DNA from: Takakia lepidozioides | Lineage: Eukaryota; Plantae; Bryophyta | Reading direction: 5' to 3' | Assembly (NCBI GenBank): GCA_030704615.1 | Contig: CM060733.1 | Location: 47,616,001 to 47,680,000, forward strand | DNA length: 64,000 nucleotides | Shown: positions 1-12,240 of the stretch, one piece after another | Numbering within the stretch: the stretch's first letter is position 1 | How the letters are laid out: every line of letters starts with the position of its first letter | Notes under the pieces: model-generated | What the model was told of the DNA's origin: nothing | Databases searched by the model: none | What the model saw: only the letters and a program-made list of their open reading frames with translations | Program-made: the position numbers and the translations under genes

Positions 1-375
1 ATACGACTTCCGCGGATTAACCCGAGGACAGCACGTGGAGGATATCAGGAACGACACGTGGCATGACAAGGTGACTTTCCCATATTAACCCCAGGACAAC
101 ACGTGGATTAGACTGGACATGACACATGGCATGACAATATGGAGCAGGAGGGTCTTTCGTGACTGGCATATATGACTTCGGATGTTTAATCCCAGGTCCA
201 CACGTGGAGTCAGTTATGTAGGATGGGGGTGGGGTGGTCGTTATGACTGGAACATATGACTTCCATGGCGCACTCTACACGTGGCACGAATATGGGCGAA
301 CACGAGGGGTGAAAATGGCACGTGGCGGAGGCTCTGTGGATGGGAGGTAGTCGTGTACATGACCGTAGTCATGGG
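1..375. repeat. Left subterminal repeat array (degenerate ~70-100 bp units with TATGACT and CACGTGG motifs)
   Basis: Repeated blocks gactt..ttaa.ccc.gg.c..cacgtgg near 5-40, 73-107 and 174-210. Several atatgact/ttatgact and acacgtgg motifs. Confidence 0.65.
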
Positions 376-513
376 CCTGACTCTAGCAGCATTGAAACAT
401 GAAAGCACATTTGAAATTGGGACATCGATTCAAATACAACGTGACTTAATGTTCTGAGATCCGTTCCATAATCTAATCCAGTGCTGCTACAAAATGCACA
501 AAGCTGCAAAGTA

Positions 514-1361
514 GATAATTTGGGTGCCGCCATCGAATACGTGGTTCAGATTGCCTTCCGGCAATACCACATTACCCACCCTCGATCCAACCACTCACTA
601 TGGATTCCAGCCAGGAAAGACACCTTCTAGAAATGTAGGTGGGGACCCTCCTCACCTAAAACGGGTATGTGGATTGAGCTCTCCGAAGCTAGATTGCTTG
701 GGCTCCACAAGTGGTTGATGACTCACTGCTTTGTTGCTTTGGGGGATCGAGTTTGGCAACAAGTTTCTGGCATACCCATGGGTTTTTCCTGTTCTCCTCT
801 ATGGTGTAACATTTACTTCTTGTCATATGAACTGAGATTCATCCTCCGTTTGGCTGCTCTAGGACAGTTCCAGCTTATGGCTAAATTCAAATCAGCCTTC
901 CGGTACATTGATAACATATGCTGGTTGAATGTTGGTGATGCTAAGCTATTTCTTGATCCTTCTACAGACAAAAATAGCTTAAACCCATGGTGGGTTTACC
1001 CACTCAATGTAGTGTGTTGGATCCCGATACTGGTTTATTTCAGTTCCGGAAATATGATAAGAGAAGGATGCTGCCTTTTTCTTACACATAGTACATCCAG
1101 TTCCTTTCTAACCGACCTGTTAATCAGTCTTACAATGTGGTGGTCTCCCAGGCTTTCCCTATTCTGTATATTTCCAGCAGCACTGACTTTGCCTGGAATG
1201 AATGTTGTGTTCTTATCCAAACCCTTGGGAGGAATGGTTTCAAGACCAAGAAGCTGGTTCGAATCCTCATTAAGTTCCTGGAACATGGCTCTTTTCCTGG
1301 TCTCCACTTCCCGTTACACGAGCTTATCACCAAGCTCAGAGGTATAATGGATTCCACATGA
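514..1361 (+). pseudogene. Penelope-like retroelement reverse transcriptase, 3' fragment (subfamily alpha)
   Basis: From 514 it reads DNLGAAIEYVVQIAFRQY...*...GIPMGFSCSPLWCNIYF...FRYIDN (catalytic DD changed to DN). After a deletion/frameshift at ~1013 it continues KYDKRRMLPFSYT*YIQFLSNRPVNQSYNVVVSQ. Colinear with the minus-strand RT C-terminal part at 5955-6850. Confidence 0.9.
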
Positions 1362-1824
1362 CCTTATACATGTCCTCTTTTGATTCAAGTGACTGATATG
1401 TATTTCCACATGGCCGTATACATGTCCTCTTTATTCAAGTGGCTGATATGTATTGTAGGGGAGGAAGTAGGTTTTCAAATCCCTTTTGATAATCTTGTCC
1501 GGGGATTTGGAACTACTTTTGCAGTGGGAGAAACCTTATGAAGGGGTCTAGTATGCACTCCCTTACGGGGAACTGGCCGGTTGCATCAGTGTTCTTTTCA
1601 TGTTTTTCCATCTATACCAGATGGACTCTAAACAGTGTTTTCACCTGCTTTATAAAGGTTTTCTATCCATACCGGAAGAATTACCTGGGTGGACACTAAA
1701 ATACCTCTAAAAATGGCCTATAATTTTTCATTCCTCTTTTATTGACTTTCATCTATACCAGATGAGTCACCAGAGAATGAGGAATTACCTCCGTAGGGGT
1801 TGTGACACTGACATCCTATCTATA

Positions 1825-3437
1825 GTTTTTCCATCCATGCCGGATGAAAAATACCAAGATTTGAATTCGTTTTATTCCTCCTTTATGCCTTTTTTTCCGT
1901 ACTGGATGAGGCTTTCTCTTAGGGGATGATGAATTACATGTTAGGATGAGAAACCGCTGCCTTGGATGATGTGTACTGCTTTTTCATCCTGCTGATGGAC
2001 CCTCTCCAAATAAATGAACCTATTTACTTTTTTCATCTGAACCGAATGAAAAAAACAGCTTAAGATGGCCCTGGAGAATTGTTTAATTACCCTTAATTAT
2101 TGCTAATTAAGGAGTGAAACCCTAACCCCTACCCTATAATCTACTGTTTAAACCTAGCTAACGGATGCCATCTGTCGGGTTTTCGAGATAAAGGGTGTTG
2201 ATTATTCATCCTCCGCGGATGAAAAATCAGGCTGTGCCCTAGGGTGTCTCTCCCACCGTCAGCTGCACTCCTCGTGCTTCTGAGCTCTGAGTCTCTAAGG
2301 ATGAGGAGGTCTGGTTTTTGTAAAAAATAGACAACCTGATAAGGCAATGACAGGCCGTTTTCAGACCTGGATTTGTTGTGGAATGGAGCATAGTGAGGTT
2401 CTATTTGCAAAACATGGCATTAGCCTTTTGTGAAACAGTGATGGTAAGCTCTAAAGGACTCTGGCCAGTGATTAGTTACTTTATTTTGCCATATGAACAG
2501 CCACCTGCATTGTATGATTTATCTTGGCCAAGTGGGCTTGGTCTTGGGCACTCAAATTGTATGTGTGTCCATATATGGATGCTGTGACAGGGCAGTCTTT
2601 TCTTCCATGCCAAAATGCCTTACATGATGCATATCTTGGGGCAACTGTACATGATGTAGAATGAAGTTGCAGTCAGTCTCGTCATGCCCAAAGTGATCAT
2701 TTGGTTGCATGTTTGGAGTCTTATTTACTGCAGGCTGGGCCAGCAAGAGTCCTGTGTACACAGGTCTTGAATCTGTACAATGACAGGTTGTTCTTACCTA
2801 CCCAGAAGGCCTTGCACGAACGCTTTGGGATGCTTACATTTGGCCAAATGTGAAGCTGCAATATGGCTTGCCATGCCCAAGAAGTTTTCTTGGTGGCATG
2901 CCCAAGTGTAATTAATTGCAGGCTGGTCCTTTCAGCTGCCTGTGAGAACATTCCCTGAATGTGTTGTAGGGCAGGTTGTTCTTACCTACCTTGCATAATG
3001 CTTGTCTTGGATCACTTCAAGGTACTTGTGTATACATATCTTGGATTTGTAATGTGGCAAGATGTTCTTATATGCCCATGATATCTTGCATGGTGCATAT
3101 CTTATGGATGATGTAATTTGAGGCTGCAATCTGACTTATATTGTGCAAGAGGATCACTTGGGTACATGACAAGAATCTGATTATGAACATACCCCGCCCT
3201 CCCACCCTGTTTTATCATGACTGAACAGGTGGCGTCACTTGGTGTGCTATGACAAGACTGGAAATGTTAGATGGTGCCCTGTCATGGGCTGTTTATGTCT
3301 TTAATTGACAATGACCCTAGTTGGTCTTTTCCATGTCTTGACATGACATGAATATCTTCCCACTCTCTCCCTCTCTCTTATTAACTTTTTCTACCCCCTC
3401 TCTCCCTCTGTGGGTTTTGTTTTTGTGAGCAGCACAA
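1825..3437 (+). repeat. Alpha pseudo-LTR copy 1 (lacks ~780 bp present in copy 2)
   Basis: Direct repeat of 12241-14615, roughly 90% identical by eye. The 12695-13473 segment is missing at ~2288. It lies downstream of the alpha RT, as the beta pLTR lies downstream of the beta RT. Confidence 0.85.
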
Positions 3438-5678
3438 AAGAGAGGGAAGATACTATGTCTTGTCGGGACATGGATAGGACCAAACATGGTCAATGTCAAT
3501 TTTTACAACAAATCAACCTCATGAAGAGGCATTATCAGTCAAACTCCACTTCTAATCAGATCTTATGATGACCTCCATTACATTTCAAAGACAAAGAATC
3601 TACCTGGTAGATTTCAATGACAAGAAAATACGGGTGGGAGGGTGGGATTACTTAGAAGATCCCCTCCTTATAATAATCCGGCTTTATATTCTAAGGAACA
3701 GTATGCTAAACAAGTGTTCAGCCTGTTTTTATGCCTGTTTTAGAATTATAAGCTATGGGTGGCATCTAAGCAAACAATTAAATGTTTACCTATATCATGC
3801 AATAGTACTGCTCATCTGGAACCCAAAAGTTCCAGCTATTTTCCATTAATCACACAACCGGGATATTAAATCATCTGGTTACTTGACAAGATAACCAGTT
3901 TTTTAATAACAAAAACCCAGAGCTTATCTGCTACATTTTCAGAACTTCTTGTAATCATGACACAAAGTCAAAACTCATTGCATTGTTTAGTAAGCTTGAT
4001 TTCCCAGAACTGCTTTCTACTGCAGTGTTCTGTATCAGAATATGCCATAGCTAGCAAAAAACATAGCTATCTTTTTTGTAACATAAAATCCAGAGCCATG
4101 TTGTAGGTTAATCAGTCTTTGATTACCAAGCAACAGCAGGGGCTTCTCTTTAAAACAACCAGACCTGGTTTATGTTTGGGGTCATTATGTTACAACCTTG
4201 ACAAGGTGTTTGCACAAACACAACTGTATACAATCTGTAATTACAGAGTGACATGAAGAGGTAGCAGTTTACTTACCTTAGCAGATTGTATGCAAGGTAA
4301 GAAGGAAAGGGGGTTCAGACATCCACAGAGGTTCCATATATTGAGCACATAAAGGCATACAAGGCTCAGTATAAACCATATGCAAGCTCTGGCCTCTCCC
4401 CTACCGTGTTGCTTGAAAGTATACATATCATAGTAGCAAATCGTGCTCTAAGCATGAAAAAAGAGCATATATTTGGTCTGGAAACCCTACTTCCAGTACC
4501 ATATTTCAATGCGGCGGAAATCATAACCCAGAGTCCTTAATAGAATTCATGTGTTCTAAAAAGGCTCGCTAATGCACTTGCTACTTCAACACATAGATAA
4601 AAGTTGTAAGCATATCCAGATTGGTCATGTAGTGAGGCAAAAATGAGACATCTCCCTGGATAATCAGCTGATGTCGATGTCACTTCACTTGCAGGTTTGT
4701 CATCAGATTCAAGCTTCAAAAATCACATTAAGTGAGGACCCTCACATGGTCCCATCACAAGCCCCCACAAGAACCAACAGGTTAGTGAGAATTGTGGAAC
4801 CCCAGGTGAATCGGGTCTCACGCTTGTTATCGTTGTACAACATGAGTTCTAAAGCAAGAATCAGTTCTAAACACAAGCAAGGTTATCCACAACCTTAATC
4901 GATTGCGGAAGAGGACTCGACATCGCTCCAAGCACTTGACAATCAACAGCACAAACAAGCAATGGTTTGCTTGAAATCTATGCGCATTTTAACAGTGAAG
5001 AAACCCCCTGAGCTTTTATGAGCAGTGCTGAAACTTAATGATCCAGAGAGGATCTACAAGCAGTCAGGCAGCCTAAGGTAGATTGCCCGCCAAGGGAATA
5101 GGTCACCATACTGAGGGAATTGAAGCACCGCCGCCGTTACGCCTCCCAAGGGAGATGAGAAAGGACTGGAATCTTGCCAGAGTACTTGTAAACAGCATTG
5201 AAGCGTCTCCATAGCCATCAAAATCATAAAATTCGTGCTAAGAGATCCCTCTGACACCATCACTTCATCTCCCGTAGAGAAAACGCACAGTATCGTGCAA
5301 GTTTTATGGCAGGAGAGGAAATATGGCAAACCATTGCGATTTCATCCATGTGGGATGAAAAATAAGAAATGAAAGGTGAATATTCCCCTGTTGTCATCGC
5401 CATGTCATCCAGCAGGGATGACATCCTAAAATCGATGACCAGAACCTGGCATTCATTAGGGTTAGATATAAATGACCTTAATAATCAAAAGGAACCAGGT
5501 AAAAAATGATAACCATAATTAACATTTAATGGAATTCATCCATTATTAACTATATCCGGTATGGATGAAGATAGCATAAAGTTAATTATAGTTTAGTCAA
5601 AAATTACCTTAGTACCAAACCCTCTGGGTTATGGAATAGGTTACCAACAGGATCCATGTACAGAGGGAGAGAGAGGGA
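3438..5678 (-). repeat. Beta 3' pseudo-LTR
   Basis: Matches 9909-12150 with about ten small differences counted by eye. The ORF track shows identical spurious ORFs at 3565/10036 and 5054/11526. Confidence 0.95.
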
Positions 5679-5954
5679 TCCCACCAGCCTGCCCTTGGTA
5701 TGGCATTCCCTTATGGGATGAGTGTGGTATGCACTCACCCCGTAAGGAGTGCATACCAGACCCATTCTCATAAAAACTCTCCCTTCTCTTTGTAGTCTTC
5801 ATCGCTGGTTTTTCTATTTTAGAAAAACCAGATGGATATGAAGGTCTACACTCACATCTCCCATGGTCAAAAAAAAGGAGGAAAACTGCAAAGGAAAAAG
5901 GTATACAATCATGTAAGAATGAGTGCAGAGTGTACCTTTTAATCTTTCAATGAG

Positions 5955-8330
5955 CTATTGTAAAGGGAAGAAAAGACCAGGGAAGGAGCCCTGCTCAAGG
6001 AAACTTATCAAAATCCGGGTTAGTTTTTTGGTTTTGAAACCATTCCTCCCAAGGGTATGTATGAGAATATAGCATTCATTCCAAGCAAGATTAACACTGC
6101 TAGAAATATACAAAATCGGAAAGGCTTGTGAAATCACTACATTGTAGGATTGATTCACAGGTCTATTGGATAAGAACTGGATATACTGAGTATAAGAGAA
6201 AGGCAAGAGTCTTCTCTTATCATATTTCTGAAATTGAAACTCACCTGAGTCTGGGTTTAACACAGAGATCTGAACGTTCATAAAACATGCTTCCAAACCT
6301 TCATATTGGGATCCTGGCTTGGTTCTCAACAATTCAGGTTTCATTTACACAACATTCAATGGGTAAATCCACCATGGATTACTGCTGCTCTTGTCTGCGT
6401 CAGGATTAAGGAATAACATAGCATTGCCAATATTAAGCCAACAGATGTCATCTATATATCTGAAAGCATATTGAAACTTAGGCATCAATTGATATTGTCC
6501 AAGAGCTGCCAGTCTCAAGATAAATTTAAGCTCATAGGAAAGGAAATATATGTTGCACCATAATGGTGAACACGAAAATCCCATAGGAATACCTGACACT
6601 TGATGCCAAACACGGTCACCCAATGCTACGAAGCAGTGGGACATCAACCACTTGTGGAGCTGAAGCAACTTGGCTTCAGGAAGCTCTATCCAAGTACCAT
6701 TCTTTGGGGAAGAAAGACTCCACTTGCACTTCCCGAAGATCCCGTTTTTGGTTTGGATCCAAATGGTGTGATGTGACCTTGGGTGGTTTACATGATATTG
6801 CTGGAAAGCAATTTTGATCACGTATTCAATAGCATCACCCAGATTATCGTCACCTGCCAAAAGGATGTTTTCATAGCATTGGGTAATGTCAGCCACAAAC
6901 ACATCATAGATTTTTGCAGGGAGGTTTAAAGTGAAATCAGTGATGCTGTCTATAATCCAATACATGGCAGTAGACACTTTGAAAAATTGTTTGTAGGTGT
7001 CTAAACGTGCTTTGGCCCATTCCTTGACCAAGGGTAATAGGAACATAGTGGCACGTGTAAGAAGACAAGCAATTTCACTGAACACACAATTATGTGCATT
7101 GGTAATCCAACGGTACTTTTTTTTGTGTAGCTTGTATATTCCCATCATGTAGGGAAGACTACAAAAAGCCACCTCAACTTCAGGGATCAGATTCTGTACC
7201 TCAGTAAACAGGCTTTCCAAGACTGAATCAGGTGATGACCATACCTCATTTTGGGTGCATGGTTTGAAATCCTTACCCATAAGTCGGTGATAAGCTTGGG
7301 TTCGGATGTGCTTCACACAAAGAAAACATACGTTGTTGTTAGCCTTATCAAGACCAGACATGTACAAGTGTTTAAGAAGCCAATCCAGTTCCTCCCGAGC
7401 TTCTTTTTTGACAAGTGGGTTACCCTCATGATGAGAGTAATTGCACCGTGTCAAACTGGCTTTTTTCTTCAGCCTGTCCCAACATGTAATCTTCAACCAT
7501 TGACAGCATTCTACTATCCAGGGTTCTGAAATGTTCACATGAAGAATGTCACATGTTTTAGAGAAGGCAGAAGCTATCTCTATAACAACATCCTTTATTA
7601 AGATTTTTTTTAATGGAACGTGGTTCATACCTAGGCTGAAGAGTTCTCTCAGCTTGGGATGTCTTATAATGTTCAGATCCATAGTTCTGACATGTTGTAT
7701 GGGGGCAGAATCAGTTATTTGGATCTCAGCCAAAGTATCCACATCACAAAAAGCCTTGAACCTCTTGGCTGTGGCAAAGTTTCAAAACAATCAAAATTGC
7801 TGAATGAAGATACCATTGGTTCACCCATTGCAATATTTTAAATCGAACTCATACTTGTCCGGTACCTTTAAGAGGGCATGTACAATGCAATGGCAAAATT
7901 TGAAATCATTCAAAAGTCGGCACATCAAGCACCATTGGTTCCTCCTGTGAACCATTTTTTATTGATCTCATACTTGTCCGAAATTCAAGAATGCTTCTTT
8001 TATCATACCCTTAGGACTTATCCATTCCATAGCCCGGTTAGGGTACACCATGTGTACAAAACCAATTGGGGCTGGTTTTGATGCATGGGTGATGAAGTTC
8101 CGGCCATGGGCATGTATCTCAATTCTTCTGATTCCATCTTCTTGAAAAAACATTTCATCTGCACAACTAAAGTAGAAATGCATACCATGAGAGAGGCGGT
8201 TACAGGTCCATCCACGAGTTGAAGTCTCTCTTGTGGATTGGGGAAAACTCCCCGTTGCCTTGCCTATTTCGAAAAGGCTCTTGGCTGGCGATATTGATAG
8301 CAGTGCTGGAACTGGAACCTGAACCTCCAA
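5955..8330 (-). pseudogene. Penelope-like RT ORF, interrupted by in-frame stops
   Basis: ORFs 7968-8330, 6345-7742 and 5955-6344 share one frame. Motifs: HVRTMDLNII..KLRELFSLG, DKANNNVCFLC, YKLHK..YRWIT, FVADITQCYENI, GIPMG..SP, FRYIDD, and thumb YDKRR..F.Y....SN.P. Stops occur at 6345-6347, at 5955-5957 (Glu in the alpha copy) and several times in 7743-7970. Confidence 0.9.
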
Positions 8331-9498
8331 AAGGAGTTCTGGTCATCGTCTTTGAGCTGTCAGAGTTGTTGTTAGAATGCTGCCCACGGCCAGAGTGCCC
8401 ACCTCTTTGGTACGAGCCTCTGCCTCTTACAGGTGTGCTTCTGCCTCTGTTGTTACCAGTCTTGCCTTGCTGCGGAGGAGTTTGTCCATCCGGGCGCTGC
8501 CTTTTGTAGCCACTGAATTGTGGTTTTGGAAGGCTGTCAGAAAAAACTCCAGGCTTAATCATCTTCTCAACATATCTGGCACCTTTTGCTTCACCCATTT
8601 TGCTAAGTAATTTAGCATTAGGTTCTGCAGCAAATTCGCATGCGGCCTCCATGATAATCTCCCGTGTCATTTGAAAGGTTATCTGTGCCAAGACCGCTGA
8701 CCTGGCAGCTTTCATCATCCATACCAAGAAGTTGTAATACTTTGCCTGTATAGATGGGTAAGCATCATTGGGGAAGAACACCGTCAGATTGTTGAGCATG
8801 AACCATACAAGGTGGTCAAACCAAGCAACACTTCCCATGCAAGATGACGGCGCACCTCCAGATCCACAATTACATCTGATGTACGGCCTATGCCAGTTAA
8901 ACAACTGACTTTTGTGGTTCCGAGACCTTGTCGAACCAATAGGCATGTCATTCTTTGTCCTTAGAGTCATGTTGTCCCCTTTCTCACAAAGCTTGTAGTA
9001 GAAGGTTTTCAATGGCCAAGAAACAGCAATAGGTTCTTTTTTGAACCTTTGGATCCCTTCTTTTGCATCTGCTGCACACCTATTGCGTTCAGCAGGTGTA
9101 AGGTTGGCCCATTTGACCCACATGTCAATTGATATGGGTGCAATCAGATTGATATTGGCTTGGGGGTGCCACATCATGTGGTCGTTGTTAGCAACCTCAA
9201 GCTCCACGGCTCTAGGGGGCATCCAAGGGACAAACTGCAGGTTACCTGGAGTTGCTCCCGCAGCCCTTTCTTGCTCCACTTGGGAAAGTTCCACTTGTTC
9301 ACAGAAGTCCCTCATTGCATCCAATTCCCCTTCAGGTACCACCATGTTCCCGAGTATGGGATGGTTAGTGACGGACGGAATGAAGTCTTTTTCCATTGTG
9401 TTGGAGGACTTCTGTGTGGGAGCTGACTGCTCATCATCAGGGTTAGCAATTCTGAGTGCTTCCTCAATTGCAGCTCCTTTCTTCTCCCAAAACGTCAT
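8200..9498 (-). CDS. PLE ORF1, 432 aa, unknown function (helical core, Cys cluster, RG/RGG-rich basic C-terminus; probable RNA-binding protein)
   Basis: Long open frame directly upstream of and overlapping the RT frame. Contains CNCGSGGAPSSC and a NRGRSTPVRGRGSYQRGGHSGRG tail. Confidence 0.7.
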   Translation of the reverse strand: MTFWEKKGAAIEEALRIANPDDEQSAPTQKSSNTMEKDFIPSVTNHPILGNMVVPEGELDAMRDFCEQVELSQVEQERAAGATPGNLQFVPWMPPRAVELEVANNDHMMWHPQANINLIAPISIDMWVKWANLTPAERNRCAADAKEGIQRFKKEPIAVSWPLKTFYYKLCEKGDNMTLRTKNDMPIGSTRSRNHKSQLFNWHRPYIRCNCGSGGAPSSCMGSVAWFDHLVWFMLNNLTVFFPNDAYPSIQAKYYNFLVWMMKAARSAVLAQITFQMTREIIMEAACEFAAEPNAKLLSKMGEAKGARYVEKMIKPGVFSDSLPKPQFSGYKRQRPDGQTPPQQGKTGNNRGRSTPVRGRGSYQRGGHSGRGQHSNNNSDSSKTMTRTPFGGSGSSSSTAINIASQEPFRNRQGNGEFSPIHKRDFNSWMDL

Positions 9499-9803
9499 TT
9501 CACTAGCATCTTAACCAATTTATCGCTGTATTCCTTGAGTCTTACAAGGTAACTGCCTTTTCTGTTTGCACATATTCCAAGTGCTACCCAATCCTCCAGG
9601 GCTAGTGTCTCAAGCAATAGGACAGGATTTTCATCACCTGAATCATTAATAGCTGCAGAGTCCAGCATTTGCACTGTAGAATGAAAATCACTTGGAGTGA
9701 TTTGTGTGAGGGTAGCTTGTACAACAGGAATCGGAGGGGGAAGAGGGGATTGGTACCCCAATGCCTTGAGGTCATTACTCCATTCAGGAACATGCTTGGT
9801 CAC
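9495..9803 (-). CDS. PLE ORF0 or first coding exon (~100 aa)
   Basis: Protein-level homolog at 14728-15036 (PEW..L.A.GYQ.PLPPPIP..QA.L.Q..P.DFH..VQ.LDSAAI...LLLETLALEDWV). Its stop overlaps the ORF1 start as ATGA. Confidence 0.7.
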   Translation of the reverse strand: MTKHVPEWSNDLKALGYQSPLPPPIPVVQATLTQITPSDFHSTVQMLDSAAINDSGDENPVLLLETLALEDWVALGICANRKGSYLVRLKEYSDKLVKMLVK

Positions 9804-9908
9804 CTTCTGCCATAAAAATGAAGTCAGTGCATCATAAACAGATATGGAAAATGAAAGGAGTAAGACTGATAACGTGTACAGACACCACTAAGTACATTGG
9901 TCAAGCGA

Positions 9909-12150
9909 AAGAGAGGGAAGATACTATGTCTTGTCGGGACATGGATAGGACCAAACATGGTCAATGTCAATTTTTACGACAAATCAACCTCATGAAGAGG
10001 CATTATCAGTCAAACTCCACTTCTAATCAGATCTTATGATGACCTCCATTACATTTCAAAGACAAAGAATCTACCTGGTAGATTTCAATGACAAGAAAAT
10101 ACGGGTGGGAGGGTGGGATTACTTAGAAGATCCCCTCCTTATAATAATCCGGCTTTATATTCTAAGGAACAGTATGCTAAACAAGTGTTCAGCCTGTTTT
10201 TATGCCTGTTTTAGAATTATAAGCTATGGGTGGCATCTAAGCAAACAATTAAATGTTTACCTATATCATGCAATAGTACTGCTCATCTGGAACCCAAAAG
10301 TTCCAGCTATTTTCCATTAATCACACAACCGGGATATTAAATCATCTGGTTACTTGACAAGATAACCAGTTTTTTAATAACAAAAACCCAGAGCTTATCT
10401 GCTACATTTTCAGAACTTCTTGTAATCATGACACAAAGTCAAAACTCATTGCATTGTTTAGTAAGCTTGATTTCCCAGAACTGCTTTCTACTGCAGTGTT
10501 CTGTATCAGAATATGCCATAGCTAGCAAAAAACATAGCTATCTTTTTTGTAACATAAAATCCAGAGCCATGTTGTAGGTTAATCAGTCTTTGATTACCAA
10601 GCAATAGCAGGGGGCTTCTCTTTCAAACAACCAGACCTGGTTTATGTTTGGGGTCATTATGTTACAACCTTGACAAGGTGTTTGCACAAACACAACTGTA
10701 TACAATCTGTAATTACAGAGTGACATGAAGAGGTAGCAGTTTACTTACCTTAGCAGATTGTATGCAAGGTAAGAAGGAATGGGGGTTCAGACATCCACAG
10801 AGGTTCCATATATTGAGCACATAAAAGCATACAGGGCTCAGTATAAACCATATGCAAGCTCTGGCCTCTCCCCTACCGTGTTGCTTGAAAGTATACATAT
10901 CATAGTAGCAAATCGTGCTCTAAGCATGAAAAAAGAGCATATATTTGGTCTGGAAACCCTACTTCCAGTACCATATTTCAATGCGGCGGAAATCATAACC
11001 CAGAGTCCTTAATAGAATTCATGTGTTCTAAAAAGGCTCGCTAATGCACTTGCTGCTTCAACACATAGATAAAAGTTGTAAGCATATCCAGATTGGTCAT
11101 GTAGTGAGGCAAAAATGAGACATCTCCCTGGATAATCAGCTGATGTTGATGTCACTTCACTTGCAGGTTTGTCATCAGATTCAAGCTTCAAAAATCACAT
11201 TAAGTGAGGACCCTCACATGGTCCCATCACAAGCCCCCACAAGAACCAACAGGTTAGTGAGAATTGTGGAACCCCAGGTGAATCGGGTCTCACGCTTGTT
11301 ATCGTTGTACAACATGAGTTCTAAAGCAAGAATCAGTTCTAAACACAAGCAAGGTTATCCACAACCTTAATCGATTGCGGAAGAGGACTCGACATCGCTC
11401 CAAGCACTTGACAATCAACAGCACAAACAAGCAATGGTTTGCTTGAAATCTATGCGCATTTTAACAGTGAAGAAACCCCCTGAGCTTTTATGAGCAGTGC
11501 TGAAACTTAATGATCCAGAGAGGATCTACAAGCAGTCAGGCAGCCTAAGGTAGATTGCCCGCCAAGGGAATAGGTCACCATACTGAGGGAATTGAAGCAC
11601 CGCCGCCGTTACGCCTCCCAAGGGAGATGAGAAAGGACTGGAATCTTGCCAGAGTACTTGTAAACAGCATTGAAGCGTCTCCATAGCCATCAAAATCATA
11701 AAATTCGTGCTAAGAGATCCCTCTGACACCATCACTTCATCTCCCGTAGAGAAAACGCACAGTATCGTGCAAGTTTTATGGCAGGAGAGGAAATATGGCA
11801 AACCATTGCGATTTCATCCATGTGGGATGAAAAATAAGAAATGAAAGGTGAATATTCCCCTGTTGTCATCGCCATGTCATCCAGCAGGGATGACATCCTA
11901 AAATCGATGACCAGAACCTGGCATTCATTAGGGTTAGATATAAATGACCTTAATAATCCAAAGGAACCAGGTAAAAAATGATAACCATAATTAACATTTA
12001 ATGGAATTCATCCATTATTAACTATATCCGGTATGGATGAAGATAGCATAAAGTTAATTATAGTTTAGTCAAAAATTACCTTAGTACCAAACCCTCTGGG
12101 TTATGGAATAGGTTACCAACAGGATCCATGTACAGAGGGAGAGAGAGAGG
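9909..12150 (-). repeat. Beta 5' pseudo-LTR
   Basis: Direct repeat of 3438-5678. Both ends are GA-rich on the + strand. Confidence 0.95.
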
Positions 12151-12240
12151 GAGAGAGAGGGACAGATCACGAAACAAAAAGAAATGAAGGTGGGAGGGAA
12201 GTGACCGAGCAGCAGCTGCTCAGTCACCCCCCCCCAACCC

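Larger units (their letters stand above)
3438..12150 (-). mobile_element. Full-length Penelope-like retroelement (subfamily beta) with no recognisable endonuclease: pLTR-ORF0-ORF1-RT-pLTR, 8.7 kb
   Basis: Two near-identical 2.24 kb direct repeats flank three co-oriented ORFs. The RT carries PLE motifs. No GIY-YIG, HNH, RNase H or integrase motif is seen. Confidence 0.85.

Noticed and set aside
4670-4720. Hammerhead ribozyme core (CTGATGA on the minus strand at 4700-4706) in the beta pLTR
   Set aside because: It is followed by GAAG rather than GAAA, with no convincing stem II and no counterpart found in the alpha pLTR. A covariance-model search is still needed to exclude variants.
3565-5329. 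Short ORFs duplicated in both pLTRs (e.g. 3565-3849 and 10036-10320)
   Set aside because: Their identity reflects the DNA repeat only, and they show no evident protein-level conservation in the alpha or gamma pLTRs.
6345-7742. Telomerase RT or bacterial retron/group II intron RT
   Set aside because: It lacks a recognisable TERT T motif and a YADD/maturase context, and it is multi-copy and repeat-flanked like a PLE.
3438-12150. LTR retrotransposon or DIRS element, suggested by the long direct repeats
   Set aside because: No TG..CA ends, primer-binding site, protease, RNase H, integrase or tyrosine recombinase is seen, and the RT motifs are PLE-type.
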